A stretch of DNA of 64,000 nucleotides from NCBI GenBank assembly GCA_900617105.1, contig UYFQ01000163.1, positions 1-64,000 of the forward strand. The letters run 5' to 3'. The notes beneath the pieces were generated by a model. That model ran no database searches. It was not told the DNA's origin and saw nothing but the letters and a program-made list of their open reading frames with translations. This stretch comes from Hydrurus foetidus (taxonomy: Eukaryota). Below are positions 23,201-36,237 of the stretch, piece after piece. Made by a program: the position numbers and the translations under genes. The stretch's first letter is position 1. Each line of letters opens with the position of its first letter.

Positions 23201-25210
23201 TGTGAGTGACACTACATACGACAATGACGAACTATATTATGATGACACACATGATGATACACATGTACCCCAACCTAAATATGATCAAGCACTGATAGAT
23301 GACATATTTGGCATAAGTGATGATGAAGATGACTTTGCTGATGTAACTGTACACACTGAAGTATTCACACCACCTGCCACCATAATTGAAACCGCATATG
23401 ACCCACCTGTTGTAAACTCACCCGTGTTACGTAGAAGTGGTAGAAATCACCAACTTGGTAAATGGGATAAGAAATATGTTGGTAATCTGTTCTACAACCA
23501 CACTCACCTGTACAAAATGACTGTTAATGAAGGAATTAATAAGTTAGGGGTGATAGCTGTTGATTCCATTACATCTGAATTGAAACAAATGTGTGATAAG
23601 AATGTTTGGGAAGGTGTAACTTATGAATCCCTCACCCCACAACAAAAACGCACCATTATACCTAGTAGCATGTTCTTGAAAGAAAAGTATACTGCTGATG
23701 GTATGTTTGAAAAACTGAAATCTAGACTAGTAGCCGGTGGGCACTTACAAGATAGAGATGTTTATAACAATGGCGCCTCACCTACTGCTAGCACATACTG
23801 ACTGCAATTGCTGCTAGACAGAAGCGTGCTGTCGCCACTGTTGACTTCCCCGGTGCATTCCTAAATAGTGATATGCCGCTGACCGTCGACCGTGTTGTAT
23901 ACATGCGTTTGAATAAACAACTGACTGCTGCACTAATTAAGATTGATGCAACATATAACAAATACATGAATAACAATGGAACATGCATTGTTAAAGCTTT
24001 ATATGGATGCGTTGAATCTGCAAAATTATGGTATGATAAACTATCTAATGATTTGATCAAATTCAATTATATAGCTAATGAATATGACATCTGCGTATTC
24101 AACCGAACTGAATCGGATAACACACAAACATCACTCGTAATTCATGTTGATGATATGATAATCACTGCTTCAAGTGAATCTTGCGTTGATGATGTTATAA
24201 AAAAAATTGAAACTACATATCCCGGTTTAACGAAACACAGAGGAAAAGTTTTAAATTACATAGGCATGACTTTCGACTTCAGCAAGGAAGGTTGCGTTAA
24301 GATGACTATGGAGGGCTTCGTGCAAGACCTCATTGAGGGGTGTAAGGATATGCCGGGCACGGCAAACACACCTGCACGAGCCAATCTATTCACTATACCT
24401 GATGAATCTGACTCACCCTTACCTGATAATCTGCGTGAGCGTTTTCACTCTATTACAGCGAAGCTACTCTACCTGAGTAAGAGGACGAGGCCAGACATTC
24501 TGACTGCCGTAGCGTTCCTGACCAAGAGAGTTCTGAGGCCCCAAAGGGACGACTACAACAAACTGACCCGTACGATACAGAACATACGGGGCAGTCAGCA
24601 TACGGGTATGATATTTGAAGGATATGAACCTATTTATGTTATTGCATATATCGATGCATCCTTTACCATACATCCCGATATGAAAAGTCACACAGGCAGC
24701 GTAATCACCCTGGGAAAGGGAGCGATCTACGCCAAGAGCAGTACTCAGCGCCTTATGACAAAGTCCAGCACGGAGGCCGAATTGGTCGCACTCAGTGACG
24801 CCTCCAACCAAGTGCTGCGGACTAGGAACTTCCTAGAGTGCCAGGGACATCTCCAACCTCCCGCCTTAGTGTATCAAGACAATACGATACAGCTGATACG
24901 TAACAGTCGCTCGAACAGCGAACGTACGCGGCACATTGATGTACGGTATTTTTTCTTGCACGACAGAATCAATACAGGCGATGTAGACATTGTGTACCTA
25001 CCTACTACTGACATGATTGCAGACATTCTAACCAAGCCACTGCAGGGTGAATTGTTCAAGAAGCTCAGGAAGGAGCTGCTCAACACTTCACCACCTACCC
25101 TCACGTACGCAGATGGATGCAAGACTGAGGACCGTACGGACTCCGCGCCGACACCCGTACGCACCAAATTCAACCCACGATTTCCATACCCTACGTCCAA
25201 GAAGAACTAA
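20284..25210 (+). pseudogene. Copia gag and pol, frameshifted (element 4)
   Basis: RGG-rich N-terminus, CNKCGEAGHYSYEC (starts 21295), LLDTCAG, IN VDIM...VDGE...ERKI, RT KSRLVAGG...HVDDMI, RH ADILTKPL. Several frameshifts and short deletions. Confidence 0.92.
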
Positions 25211-25289
25211 TACCTACCGACGAAGAATCCATCCGACATGCTACCCCCCTCCATCTTACCCTTCTACAACGCCGCTGTCCGCTTCAGCT

Positions 25290-25465
25290 GAAGACTGAAC
25301 ACTCAAGACCCCAAGACTCCGTCATTCCTACTGCCCCCACATCCGACTCTACTACCCCATCAGCGCGCGTCATGACGAAGACTGACCACTCAAGACACCA
25401 AGACTCCATCATTCCTGCTGCCCCCCTCCATCACTTTTCTTCTACCCCATCAAGTGCGACTCAAG
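25290..25465 (+). repeat. ~87-bp tandem duplication in the 3' UTR of element 4
   Basis: GAAGACTGA.CACTCAAGAC.CCAAGACTCC.TCATTCCT.CTGCCCCC starts at both 25290 and 25377. Confidence 0.8.
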
Positions 25466-26202
25466 AAAACCCTGACAGAGACATAAAGAGCGAGGACCGT
25501 GGACCCAGACCCAAGACCCGATTCCGGAATCAGATAGTATAACAAGTCAGAAAATTATTTTAAGTGTAATCTTTTGCGTGTTACATAAAGTCTTTTTAGA
25601 ATTGTTTAACTCTATGCTCATTCGGATCAGTCAGACCTTATGATACTAATATTACCCTGCATGCAATAAATTATCTAACGTCACAATTAAGGTCAACCCC
25701 ACCATTACCCTACTTCCCTACAATATAAAATCATGTTCTGATACACCATTTGTGAAGCTTCAAGTAAACGGAGCATTTTTGAATTCTATTGCGTTTTCAT
25801 TCGCGTACACCAACCCGACGACTCACGCCATAGGGGTGTGTCGGAATAACTGTGTGCTAAGTAACCGTATAAGTTATTACGTATGTACATTTGATGACGT
25901 TTCGTACGTCGTGTGCTGTGTGGTGGTCGCTACTCCACCGGTCCAGGTTCCTTTAACCCAGGAACATCAAAATGATGAAAGTGCACCATGTTTGACTGTG
26001 CAGGACAGCGCGATCTTTTCGCCTGTCTCCATGAACGATGTAAGCGATGTTGCATCGTTAATTACCTTAATACTCACACCAGCAGAGCTTTCGCCTTGAG
26101 CCCGGGAAAGTTGCTAGCGCACGTGTTGAACCTGCAGAAGGAGCGCGTACCCAGGAAGGATATAGTTGTCCATTCAGTGGAAACTGATCCTTAGTTACGA
26201 CA

Positions 26203-26227
26203 CCCCCTCTCCTTTTGTACCCCCTTG
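26203..26227. mobile_element. Orphan right TIR of a P-like element
   Basis: CCCCCTCTCCTTTTGTACCCCCTTG matches the TIR at 3085-3109 with one mismatch and directly abuts the 3' LTR of element 4. Confidence 0.75.
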
Positions 26228-26578
26228 GTGAGACAGTAGAAGATGCTGCCGAACAGCAGCAATCACGACACGGATGTTCTCAACGGGAGCAATCGCTGCG
26301 CCAGCTCTTTACAATTGATAAGCTGTTGTAATTCGTGGGAAATGATAACACGTAATTATAAACTCTGATGGGATATTTGAGTAATGCAACATGACTCATA
26401 ATGATCGCTGAGTAGGTATCAATTCGCCATAACTTGAATCTTCATTCGGCATGTGCCGCAATTTTAGGTCGAAACTGCTTCATGGTGAGTAAGCCTCTCC
26501 GATACATCAGTGACAGAGACACAGCAACTACCAGGGAACTCCGACTCAATTCATCATAGTTGTTCCTGTCATTTGGCG

Positions 26579-29500
26579 ATGTCGTCATGGAAGACAGTAA
26601 AAGACAAAGATAGCACTGAGACTCCTCCGTTTGACAGAGAATCCGTCGATCCTGAGCCTTCAACAGAGCTCGGAATATTCAAGTTACGAGCTACTTATAA
26701 TCGGGGTCTTAACTCCCTCAATTGCAGTCGAGATCCTCATGATGCACAGTCGATAGAGTCCCGCCATTGTTTCGAGAGCATCATTCAATCAGTTTCTGAA
26801 AAAAATGACGAAACTGCTGCGACTCGGAAAGAGTGCACCTTACTATTGTTCCTGGCATACTCCAACCTGTCAAGAATGGTCGCGAAAACTGATGAGAGAG
26901 GGCTTGCATTAACGTACTCCTTGAATGCTGCAAATACGATGAGCATCGCAGAAAGCAGCTTCTTAGATCCTGGACTTCTTCTTCGAATTGCGAAGCTATC
27001 ATTTGAGGATGGGGACTTGTGGTCATGCTCGCATTTGTTGGGCTACAGAATCAGCAGGGAAAATGGAGTAAAGGGACCGGTCAGTGGTGGCCTCCTAGAT
27101 TCTTATTATCACCTCAGTGAACGTCTGGAGAGGAAACTGTTCTTCTCATCTCAGCGCACTACAACAGCTCCATCTGCTGCAGCTGAGAAGCTTCTGATAT
27201 CCATGAGAGAAAACTCGTCTTCGAGTTGTCTACCGAAATACTCTGCATTTAATGATTTAGCATATCTGCTTGCACTGAGAGACCCGAGTGCAGCTGCGGA
27301 ATTTTCAGTTTGCAAGCAGAAACTATGTCTTGATGTGATGTCAATATCTGGTGCAACACGGAATTTCGATGATACTCTGTGTGTGTCACGGAATATTCCT
27401 TCAGATCTGTGTGACTTAACAGAACTGTCTGACCAAGGTGTGGTTCAGCTTGACAGGACGGCCACAGCAGCAGCAAGTGCACCGCATGCATCGATCAGAA
27501 GACTTACGTCAGAACCGTATAAAGGGAGATCTTCTTCTGCGAGTGAACCGAAGGCGCCTCATGACAATATTGCGCACAGTCTAAGTAGAAGGAAGAAGGA
27601 AGGGACCAATCATGAATCGTTAAGAAACGCCCGATTCACCTCTCTTAAGGTGTGTTCCAATGAGATTATCTTTCTTTTTCTTCTGCAATCCATTGAAATT
27701 ATGATTGTATTTAGCTTATATTCAAATACTAATTTTAAATGTAAAAATCAATGATATTGTCACTCACGCTAGATATTGTTAACACACTTGTTTCTAATTA
27801 ACCAATACCTATTATGTAGGATATACTATTTCCGAAAAAAGGTTTTCCAGATTCAAATCAAAAGTCGTTCTCACATACCGCATCACAAAGTGATCAGGGA
27901 GGGAACCATGACAATGCATCTTCCTCGCATCGATTTTTTGAAAATTTGGAATCATTCCTATGTGATATGATCGAAGACGATTGTCTTGCAGGATCAGAAT
28001 TGACTGCAGAGGTGAATACTAGCAGCAGCAGCAGCAGCAGCATCAGTGAGAGAATGAGTAAGAGCATTCATGAGAGAGCAGTACAACTCGTATATTCTGA
28101 AGAACAAGAAATCAGAGAAAATACGACAGACGTGTCCGTTGTCCTTCCCCCACTTATTCAGACATCTAATTCCAATACCCATTGTTCAAGATGGAAAGAT
28201 CTCGGATCTTTGATTCGTGAATCCTTACAACAGTTTCTCGAAAGAGAAGTCGCTAGCAATGTCAATAGTGTGTCTAATACATGCGATCTTTTGCTGTGTA
28301 ACATACTACCATTAGATGGTGAATCGGATTACATGTCGGATATTACGGTCCACGCGACTTTCATCTCTACCGCAGCAGAGTACGTACATCATAATGTACT
28401 TGCCAATATTTTTCCCAACGATATACTGCTCCTAAACAACCATGTAGCAGGAGGACCTACAAGAGTTAAATCCAGTGAGATATTCTTGTCTGTTTCGTTT
28501 CTGGATATTGGTAATGCCGTACTAGTTTCATGGATGCAAATTATACGGAGTTTGGGCGCCTCTATGATAGACAGTCTACTGCGTAGCCTGAATGCCAGAG
28601 AAGTTTTACTCTTAGCTGAGTGTTGTTTGGATGCTTTGATGAAGATTAAATCAAGTGGAAATCAGTATTTAAAAGGGACAATACTGAGTGGAAATAAATC
28701 TTCCGATGTCATTGGAGAAGGAAATATGATGAATGTGCCGTCTGAAATAAGTGATTCTCGTTCAAGTGTTAAAGATGACACATTCGATTCGCCAAAGGAT
28801 CGTGGATCTGTTCAATTTCATCATGTGCTAAGATGCATATTCCTGATGTGGTCGGAAGGTAGTACACATGTTGGAGCAAAAGAAGACGATGGGGAAGGAC
28901 GGACCCTGGACCGTGATTCCGCAGATATGCCACCTATTGACATAGTGCGAGGAGAAGATTCACTTGACAGTACTGCTATGAGTGACGCATTATACAATGA
29001 CAAAAATGTTGCTGAGGTATCCGATCTCGCTGTTATGTTGCAATTCATACGGAAATCTTGGATTCTGATCGGTTATGCTGAACTGCAGAGCGACAGCGAT
29101 AACAGTTCAATGGAGGGTTCTGGAAAAAGAAAAAGAATGTCAAACGGAAAAGCAAAAAATAAGAAAAAGAAGGATGCTGTTGAGAACAGTGCAGGTGATG
29201 ATAATGAGATTGAAGATGGGCGTGGAGAGAGAGGTGAGGCATATCTGTACGATTTGTACCAAATGTGATGAGTGGCATGAGTGAAGAATAAAATTGCTGT
29301 GAAATTGTGAGTTTTGATTTGATTTGATTTGATCAGATTTGCTGTTATTCCATCATATTTGACGAGATTTAATTGCAATCTCCTTAATTTGATTTTATTT
29401 AACTTCCTGCACGAATATTTCCTTATTTTTACTATATTTTTTCTTTTATTATTACAGATGACGCAACAGTACTGCTTGGTGGAGTGAAGAAGAAAGTTCC

Positions 29501-32500
29501 TAAGAACATTCCAGAAGCTGCCTCAGCCCCAAGGAATGTTCTAAATGTTTCTATTCATTACGACAACCTCCTACGTACATTCTCAGGACATGGTGATCTG
29601 ATGACTGGCAGCGAATTGATCAATGATGCTGATGAAAGTGAAGATGAAAGTGGGTACAAAAATCAGAAGACAACGGTAAATGAAAATGAAAAATGTCGTG
29701 AAAATGAAAATGAAAATGAAAGAGGTGATAGGAATAATTTGGAGAGGAATGCTTGTCTTTGCCCTTTAGGTCTGAGAATAGAACTACCCCATAGGTCACA
29801 AGGGTGGGATGTTATCACAACTAAGAACATTCTTTTTCAGCGGTCTGTGTCAAGTACTAGAGTGCGCATTACTGGGTTTGAGAAGGAGTGGAATAAATTG
29901 AATAGAACGACATTTATTAATCGGAAGAAAAAATGGCTTTCAGAGTGTTTTATATTATTAAATGATTCGTTCAGTGTTATTGTATCGCTGTGCTGTGAGT
30001 TCGCTAAAAATAGAGAAGTAGGGAATCGTAAGTGTATTCTTGACATGATTTTAGAAACTGCTATTGAATTAAAGGACGTTAAGACGTGGTTTAAAATAGC
30101 AGACATCATAGTGTCATCATTACATAATCACTTGAATGAGGGTGACTCGCCAAATAGTGCCAGTGTTGATGACGGAAATAAAGAGAATCCAAAAGATAAT
30201 AAAGAAATTTCCAAAACTAAAGAATCTTCTAGAGTGAACAATGATCTACTATTTTTAATCCGCCTGTTCTCCGCAATACCGTCTCAAGTTACCCGTTTTA
30301 AATCCGATAATGCATCAAATATGACTCCTAATAAAGATCACAGAGCAACTCAAATACAGCTCCAACAATTCATCAAGAAAATATTGAAATTACTTTTGAT
30401 TTCATGCCAGAAAAAAAAATTCCGAATAGTCACCACCGCCTCATCAATGCTGGAAAATCTCATCAAAGAAATAAAAGTGTATTCCAAATTCCAGAATCTA
30501 GGTCCAGTATCTATTGAACTTATTGGAATGGGTGCTTTTGTCAGCCTTGAAAAAATTCTTGGTGGAGAAATTTCCGTGATTTCTACTTCAATAGAAACGG
30601 ATTCTGTGAAGCATTCGGTACTCTCCCTCTCGTCATTACTGAAGTATCTACTGATATCTAAAAATCTTATTTCAAAATTATCTACACTTCCAAATTATGC
30701 TCATATTGGTGCGAAGTTCTACGATTTTAGTCGCACAATAGCAGACGGTTTGTGCTGTCTTTCGCTCGACTGGCAGATGGAACACTTCAAATCTAAAGAG
30801 GAGAAAAACAGCGGTAATAGAGATGATACGAATGTACCTGCATCATCGACTCAAGTCTGGAATTCAAGTTCAAGTTCCAGTGTGATCGCCGATAATGTAG
30901 GTGTGTTGGAACATTCTGATATCACTGCCCCTGTCCCTGTTCCTATCGCAGTACCTCTAGTGGCTTCACTCTGCTACAGTGACGTAGTCGCGCTCAACGC
31001 CGCTGTCCTCTTCAGACACCTTTTTGCCTTAAAGGGAAATTCCGATCATGCTGATGCTGTGGCTGAGACCCGTGATAACTATGCATACAGCAGCAGCACC
31101 AACAGCAGCAGTTCAAATCAATGCAACGACAGCAATATCAATATGAGACGTGCAAGTAGCAGTTCCGATTATAATAAAGATAATAGTGTTAATGACAATG
31201 ATGACGGTGTGCATGGAAATGGAGATTCAGATAGTGAGAATGTGAGTGACAGTGATAGTGATGACAACAATCACAAGTCCAACAATCGCAATAATGATGA
31301 AGGAAAGAATGAGAGTTGTGTACTGAACAAACATGAAAATTCCTCGAAATTGAAATGTAACAGAGCATACAAACACTCCATTCAACAGATATATCAGTGT
31401 TTGCTGCTACTACACGACATCTCAACTGACCAAGCCATATATCGTCCTGATCATGGAGATTTAGGGCTGTATGCGAGTAAATTGATACACGACTGGTTGA
31501 TCGGTAGGAGGAAAAATCAATCGGAGAAACTAAGCACCAAACAGCTCAAAGAATGTCTAGCAGTACTCGGTCAAATATACGGAATATTATTTCATTTTCC
31601 AATAGTGTCCCCCCAAGGGGATGCGACTTCAGGAAATCTCACGCAGCCCTTGCCTCTTGAATCGTTGCATCATATAAATAGGCTTCACTCCTTTGCTCAG
31701 TACTCCGACACACTTGGGAACGTTTTTGGAAAAGCTGAGATAAGGGCGAGTGTCGCGATGATTTTCAAAACTGCTGTCGTGCAGGACGAATCTCACCCTT
31801 CTCTCAGAAGAACCATCAATGATCTAGTATTTTTCAATCCAACAGCCAATTCTTCCTCTTCCTATACTTCTTCTCCCTCCTCTTCTTCTTCCTCCTCCTC
31901 CTCTGTTCCCACGTCAAGCACTCGCATACCCTCCTCCTCTACATCTTCCGTCTCATTATTCTCTTCATCCAATAGCGCTTTATCCTCCTCCTCTTCATCT
32001 TCTGAAGTCCCCACTCAAGGAGGGGAGGACGAATATCCGATCACGTCTAATAGTATCTTTCAAACGAGACTTTCCTCTTTGATTTCCGCTATCACCAGCC
32101 ACACAGCACACACCAAAGTGTCTCATTCTAGCCCCTCTTCTTGTTCCTCTTCTACTCCTTCTTCCTCTTCCTCCTGTCCTCCTTCTCCTAGTAAAGACTC
32201 TAAAGGTATCACTAAACTGTTGTCCACGCTGTACTACGATGTTATCCGTTTGGGCGTACAGAGAACGACCACAAATAGTAACGGTATCAACAACGGTAAT
32301 GACCTCAGTATTAACACAGATACGCACGTGGGTATGGAGGACCACATTTGTTGGACAATTGAAATGACCTTGAGGGACTTGTCTTACTCTCCTATGGTAA
32401 GTATTCTGTATTTAGAATCTATGCACGCGTTTTTTGAATGCTTTTACCGTCATCCATTCCTCTTAGAGATATTTCATATTTGTTTGTTTGATTTTTTAAT

Positions 32501-35500
32501 CGACTCTTATATATCTCATATCTACCTGTCCATTTGTTTCATCCTTCTTAGCCCTTATCTTTTGTGTCTCACCACCACCCCTCTATCCGTCTTTCTAAGT
32601 CTTCTTCTCCCTCTCCCCCCTCTTCCTCTTTCTCTACCTCTTCCTCTTCTTCATTTTTCTATCTTCTCTGCTTCAACAGCGCGTTGAGAGTTGGTTATCC
32701 TTACACACCAAACTCTCTGAGTGGCTTCAGAGGGTGTGTGACGAAGTGGGAGACTTGGCGATACCCAGCGACCTACCCACTGACGTACACAACATTCTTG
32801 TAGAGGGATCCTTGGAGCGGATCTTGGGTGGGAGAAATTCCATCAGTGACGCATTTAGCAGGGGTGTGAGTACTTCTACTAATAGGCCTCCGCCTCAGTT
32901 CGTGGACTCATCGATTCCAAACAGTGCTAGTCTTGTTGCAGATGCTGCACGTACCAACAACGCCAGTACTCATTCTTCCTCCTCTACCTCTCTTTCCGTC
33001 CCTGCAACTACTACACATTCTCCCACACGTACCCCCGTGAGTCACGACACTGTCAATATTACTCCTCTCACATTACAAGGCTTAGAAGTGGTCCACACTT
33101 CCACTACTGCCGATTCACGGACTCTGGATCCATGGTCCAGAATCTATGGGACTCCAAGGGAGTTTTTGAATATCTACAGCAAAGCAGGTGTTGTGCCGAA
33201 AGACGATGACAAAGATGTGGAGAGAGAGAAGGAAAAGGAGAAAGATAAAGGGAAAGATAAGACCAAAGACAAAGACATGGAAAAAGATGAGAAGGAGAAA
33301 GGTACTGGGAAAAGCAGAACAAAAACGGATAGTATTGACGCTATTTCTGAATCCAGAATATGTCGGCTGTGCAACTTTCTGACATTGAAGAATTCGATAG
33401 GAATGGCTCTTGAGAACGTTTTTCATTTAATTACAGCGATATCTGCACCTGCTGGAGAGATGAGTGGAGAGGGCGGTGACGGACAGGAAAGTGTTGGTGA
33501 TGTTATGTGTGTCGATGAAGAAGTTCAAGTGCAGGTTGAGGTCGATGGAGGGCAACTGTCACATGAAGAAGAAATGCTTGGTAAAGCTACAAGAGACAGA
33601 GAAAACAATACTTGCGATGATGACTTCAACTCGAAATGCACCATGAACAAAATGAAATCTGTTCTTCTCTATCCCCTTGAAGATGATCTCGAAATGATGT
33701 ACGAAAATCAAGGACTTGCGTATTATAATATGTCGCAGGAATATTCTAAAATGGAAATGTCAAAAACTTTAAAATTCAAATTGCTAGAGAAAAGTTATTT
33801 TTGTTTTTCGGAAGGTAATAAGTTTTTGTGCGATTTTGTGTTGCACGTACGTACAGCAGTCGTTTGATGCTTGAACTTATCTTCTTTGCTCCTTTATTAC
33901 ATGTAATATCTTACATTTAGTTCGCTCCTCGTATCACTTAGTGCATCTATTACATGATATCTCATCGTTTATACATCAAATACCTGCTATCGTACTCACA
34001 ACACAAATCCATTTATCGTGCTCACATTTTAAACTACTTTTTCTCTATCTATTCTTACAGCATGTCGTATATCGAGTGACGACAGTCCCTTCTTAATCGC
34101 CATGTGCGGTAAACTATCATATCAGCTAAAAAGTGACATAAAAGAGAGCATCGCATTACTGATAAAGGCAAGAGAAATAAACGAAAAAAAAGACAGCTCA
34201 AAATCCGTTAATTCTCAGAAACAGTTACGAGTGTTTATTCTGTACGAATTGAGTGCGTATTGTTCTAAAGTCGCAATCAGCGCACTGCAGAATGGGGAAC
34301 ATTCTTTGAGCGAAGAAATCCTTAGACTTCTCGAGGAATCTTCTTTTTCCCGCGCTCCATTTGAACCATGCGTAGGTGTGTCGAGCAGCGCTGTGGGTGA
34401 GGAGGGGAAGTCCGTCAGTGCAGTGTATCTCAGTTGCGATGACCCTCTCCCTTTAGATGCAGATGGCATGTATGGTACATGTGACATAGAGATCAGTGAG
34501 AGTGAGTGTGAGAGGAAGCAGCTCGTACAAGAGAGACATAGCATCGAGAGAGATGCCCCCACTTCTTCCTTTACGACACAGCACACACCCGCACAGACGC
34601 CCATTGAAGAGAACACCCGTGTCATTCGCATTTGGCATGTGATCAGCAATTGTCTTGCGGGTCTGATAGAGTGTCGCAGGATCGACTCGTACCACTCCCT
34701 CTCGCTGCATAAAGTGTCTAAGTTGCTGAGGACTCTCGCAGACATGGGCCTGCAACCCCCTTTACGGATGCAGAACATCCATCCCCTAGTTCTGAAGGGC
34801 GGGAACGCCAGTAACATCAACTCGCACAGCAAAACCACTGCCCCAATTTCAGCCACCATCACATTTACCACCATAGCAAGCGATTCCACATCCATGCATG
34901 CCATCTCTGCGGATTACAACACAACATCACGCGGTGCATCCATATTGATCAGTGATTTTGGAGGAGGGCTACCGGATCCAACCGTAAGTGACCTAGCCCG
35001 AGGGGTGGGAGGGCCTGTCCCTGGAGGGGAGGAGGGTGTTGGTGCGAAGGAAACAGAGATCCCTGCTGATATTCCTAAGATCCCTCCCGTCCAGGGGATG
35101 GAGATCAGTCTATGCAGCGCCTTCTCCGAGTCGGGCAAGCTATTCGACAAGAAGAGGCCTCAGATAGTGGCCTTGTGGTGCCTCGAAACCGCCACGAATG
35201 GGTGCGAACGTATTCTACAACGTACTTACAAGTTTGACTCACTGCGTAGGAAGATGATTCTGCAGTACTTCGAATTGGCTGTGTCTTGCGACAACGTCAC
35301 GGCTATTGTGGCCGTGTTACAGTCAACTCTGACCGTAAGTTCCCGGCAACTTACAGCCACACTTCGATGGGTTATTCGTTCGGCTGTCGATTGCTGCACA
35401 ACCATTCTAAACAGAAAGTATGAACAGATCTTAGTTGAAGCCGAATCAAGGCGGAGGGAGGCAGAGATAGCAGCACAGCATGTATCTGTTACCGGACCTG

Positions 35501-36237
35501 CTGCTGCCGTCTCAGTGGCGGTTGCGGGTATTGACTCTACGCGGGACACCACAGCCAACACGATCATGACTATCCCGTCAGCTGCAATGGACGTCCAGTC
35601 ACATCACGGGACATTACCAGACAGCAACCAAATGAACGGAGCCGCCAACATAAGCACTAGCAGCAGTATTCTCCAGGGCTGTACCACTCTCGAAACAACC
35701 AATACAGATATTGTGCCCACTCTCAATGCCATTTCCAATACGAACAAAGGTCCCAGAACCGATCATGCACTGACCTTGGAAACGTTGAAGAAAGGATTCG
35801 ACTTGTACAACCTGGTATCGAAGGTCTTGGGACCTTCTGATCTGAAGGGATTGAAGGACGTCATGATTCAACTCCATTCTATGACGGATTTAACCGTGAC
35901 ACGTGCAGTACGTACGGTTGGCACAACCGGTTCAAAGAAATCTCAAGAACCAGATAAGAGTGTAAGAACCCCTGCTAGTAATACGGATCCTTTCCTAGCG
36001 GGAATAGTCGAGTCTTTTCCATCCGTTCTGGCTGACTGCGTGCGTACGTGGTCTGCTAGGGCGTCAAGTAGTGGTAAAAGAAGCCGGACTGTGACTGGGA
36101 CCGGGACCGGGACTGCGTTACCTGTAAGTACGTCCTTACTATCCGTTCCTCCAGCCCTCCCCAGTACGGACAAGGACAGGTCCGTAGAGAGACCCGCAAA
36201 GATATCTAGATCGGATTTTGAACTCAGTAGGAAATGA
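26579..36237 (+). CDS. CABIN1: CABIN1/Hir3-like HIRA-complex subunit, ~2900 aa; exons 26579-27649, 27820-29233, 29458-32396, 32680-33814, 34061-36237
   Basis: The four GT-AG introns join the ORFs in frame. N-terminal TPR-like FKLRATYNRGL...FESII...LFLAYSNL, spliced motif RDLSYSPM|RVESW (recalled CABIN1 motif DLxxNPxRFxSW), MCGKL, and a C-terminal LF...IVALW block. Confidence 0.72.

Larger units (their letters stand above)
19882..26202 (+). mobile_element. Ty1/Copia LTR retrotransposon, element 4 (probably recombinant)
   Basis: LTRs at 19882-20246 and 25839-26202 (TGTCGG...CGACA), about 7 differences including an indel. Flanks TCCCG and CCCCC do not form a TSD. Confidence 0.95.

Noticed and set aside
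3107..26194. Duplicated short ORFs (3107/8412, 14457/19577, 20032/25988) as repeated small genes
   Set aside because: They are duplicated only because they lie in paired LTRs, and most start at non-ATG codons.
34215..36173. Long antisense ORFs opposite the CABIN1-like last exon and opposite Copia pol
   Set aside because: These are shadow frames of real coding sequence with no independent motifs.
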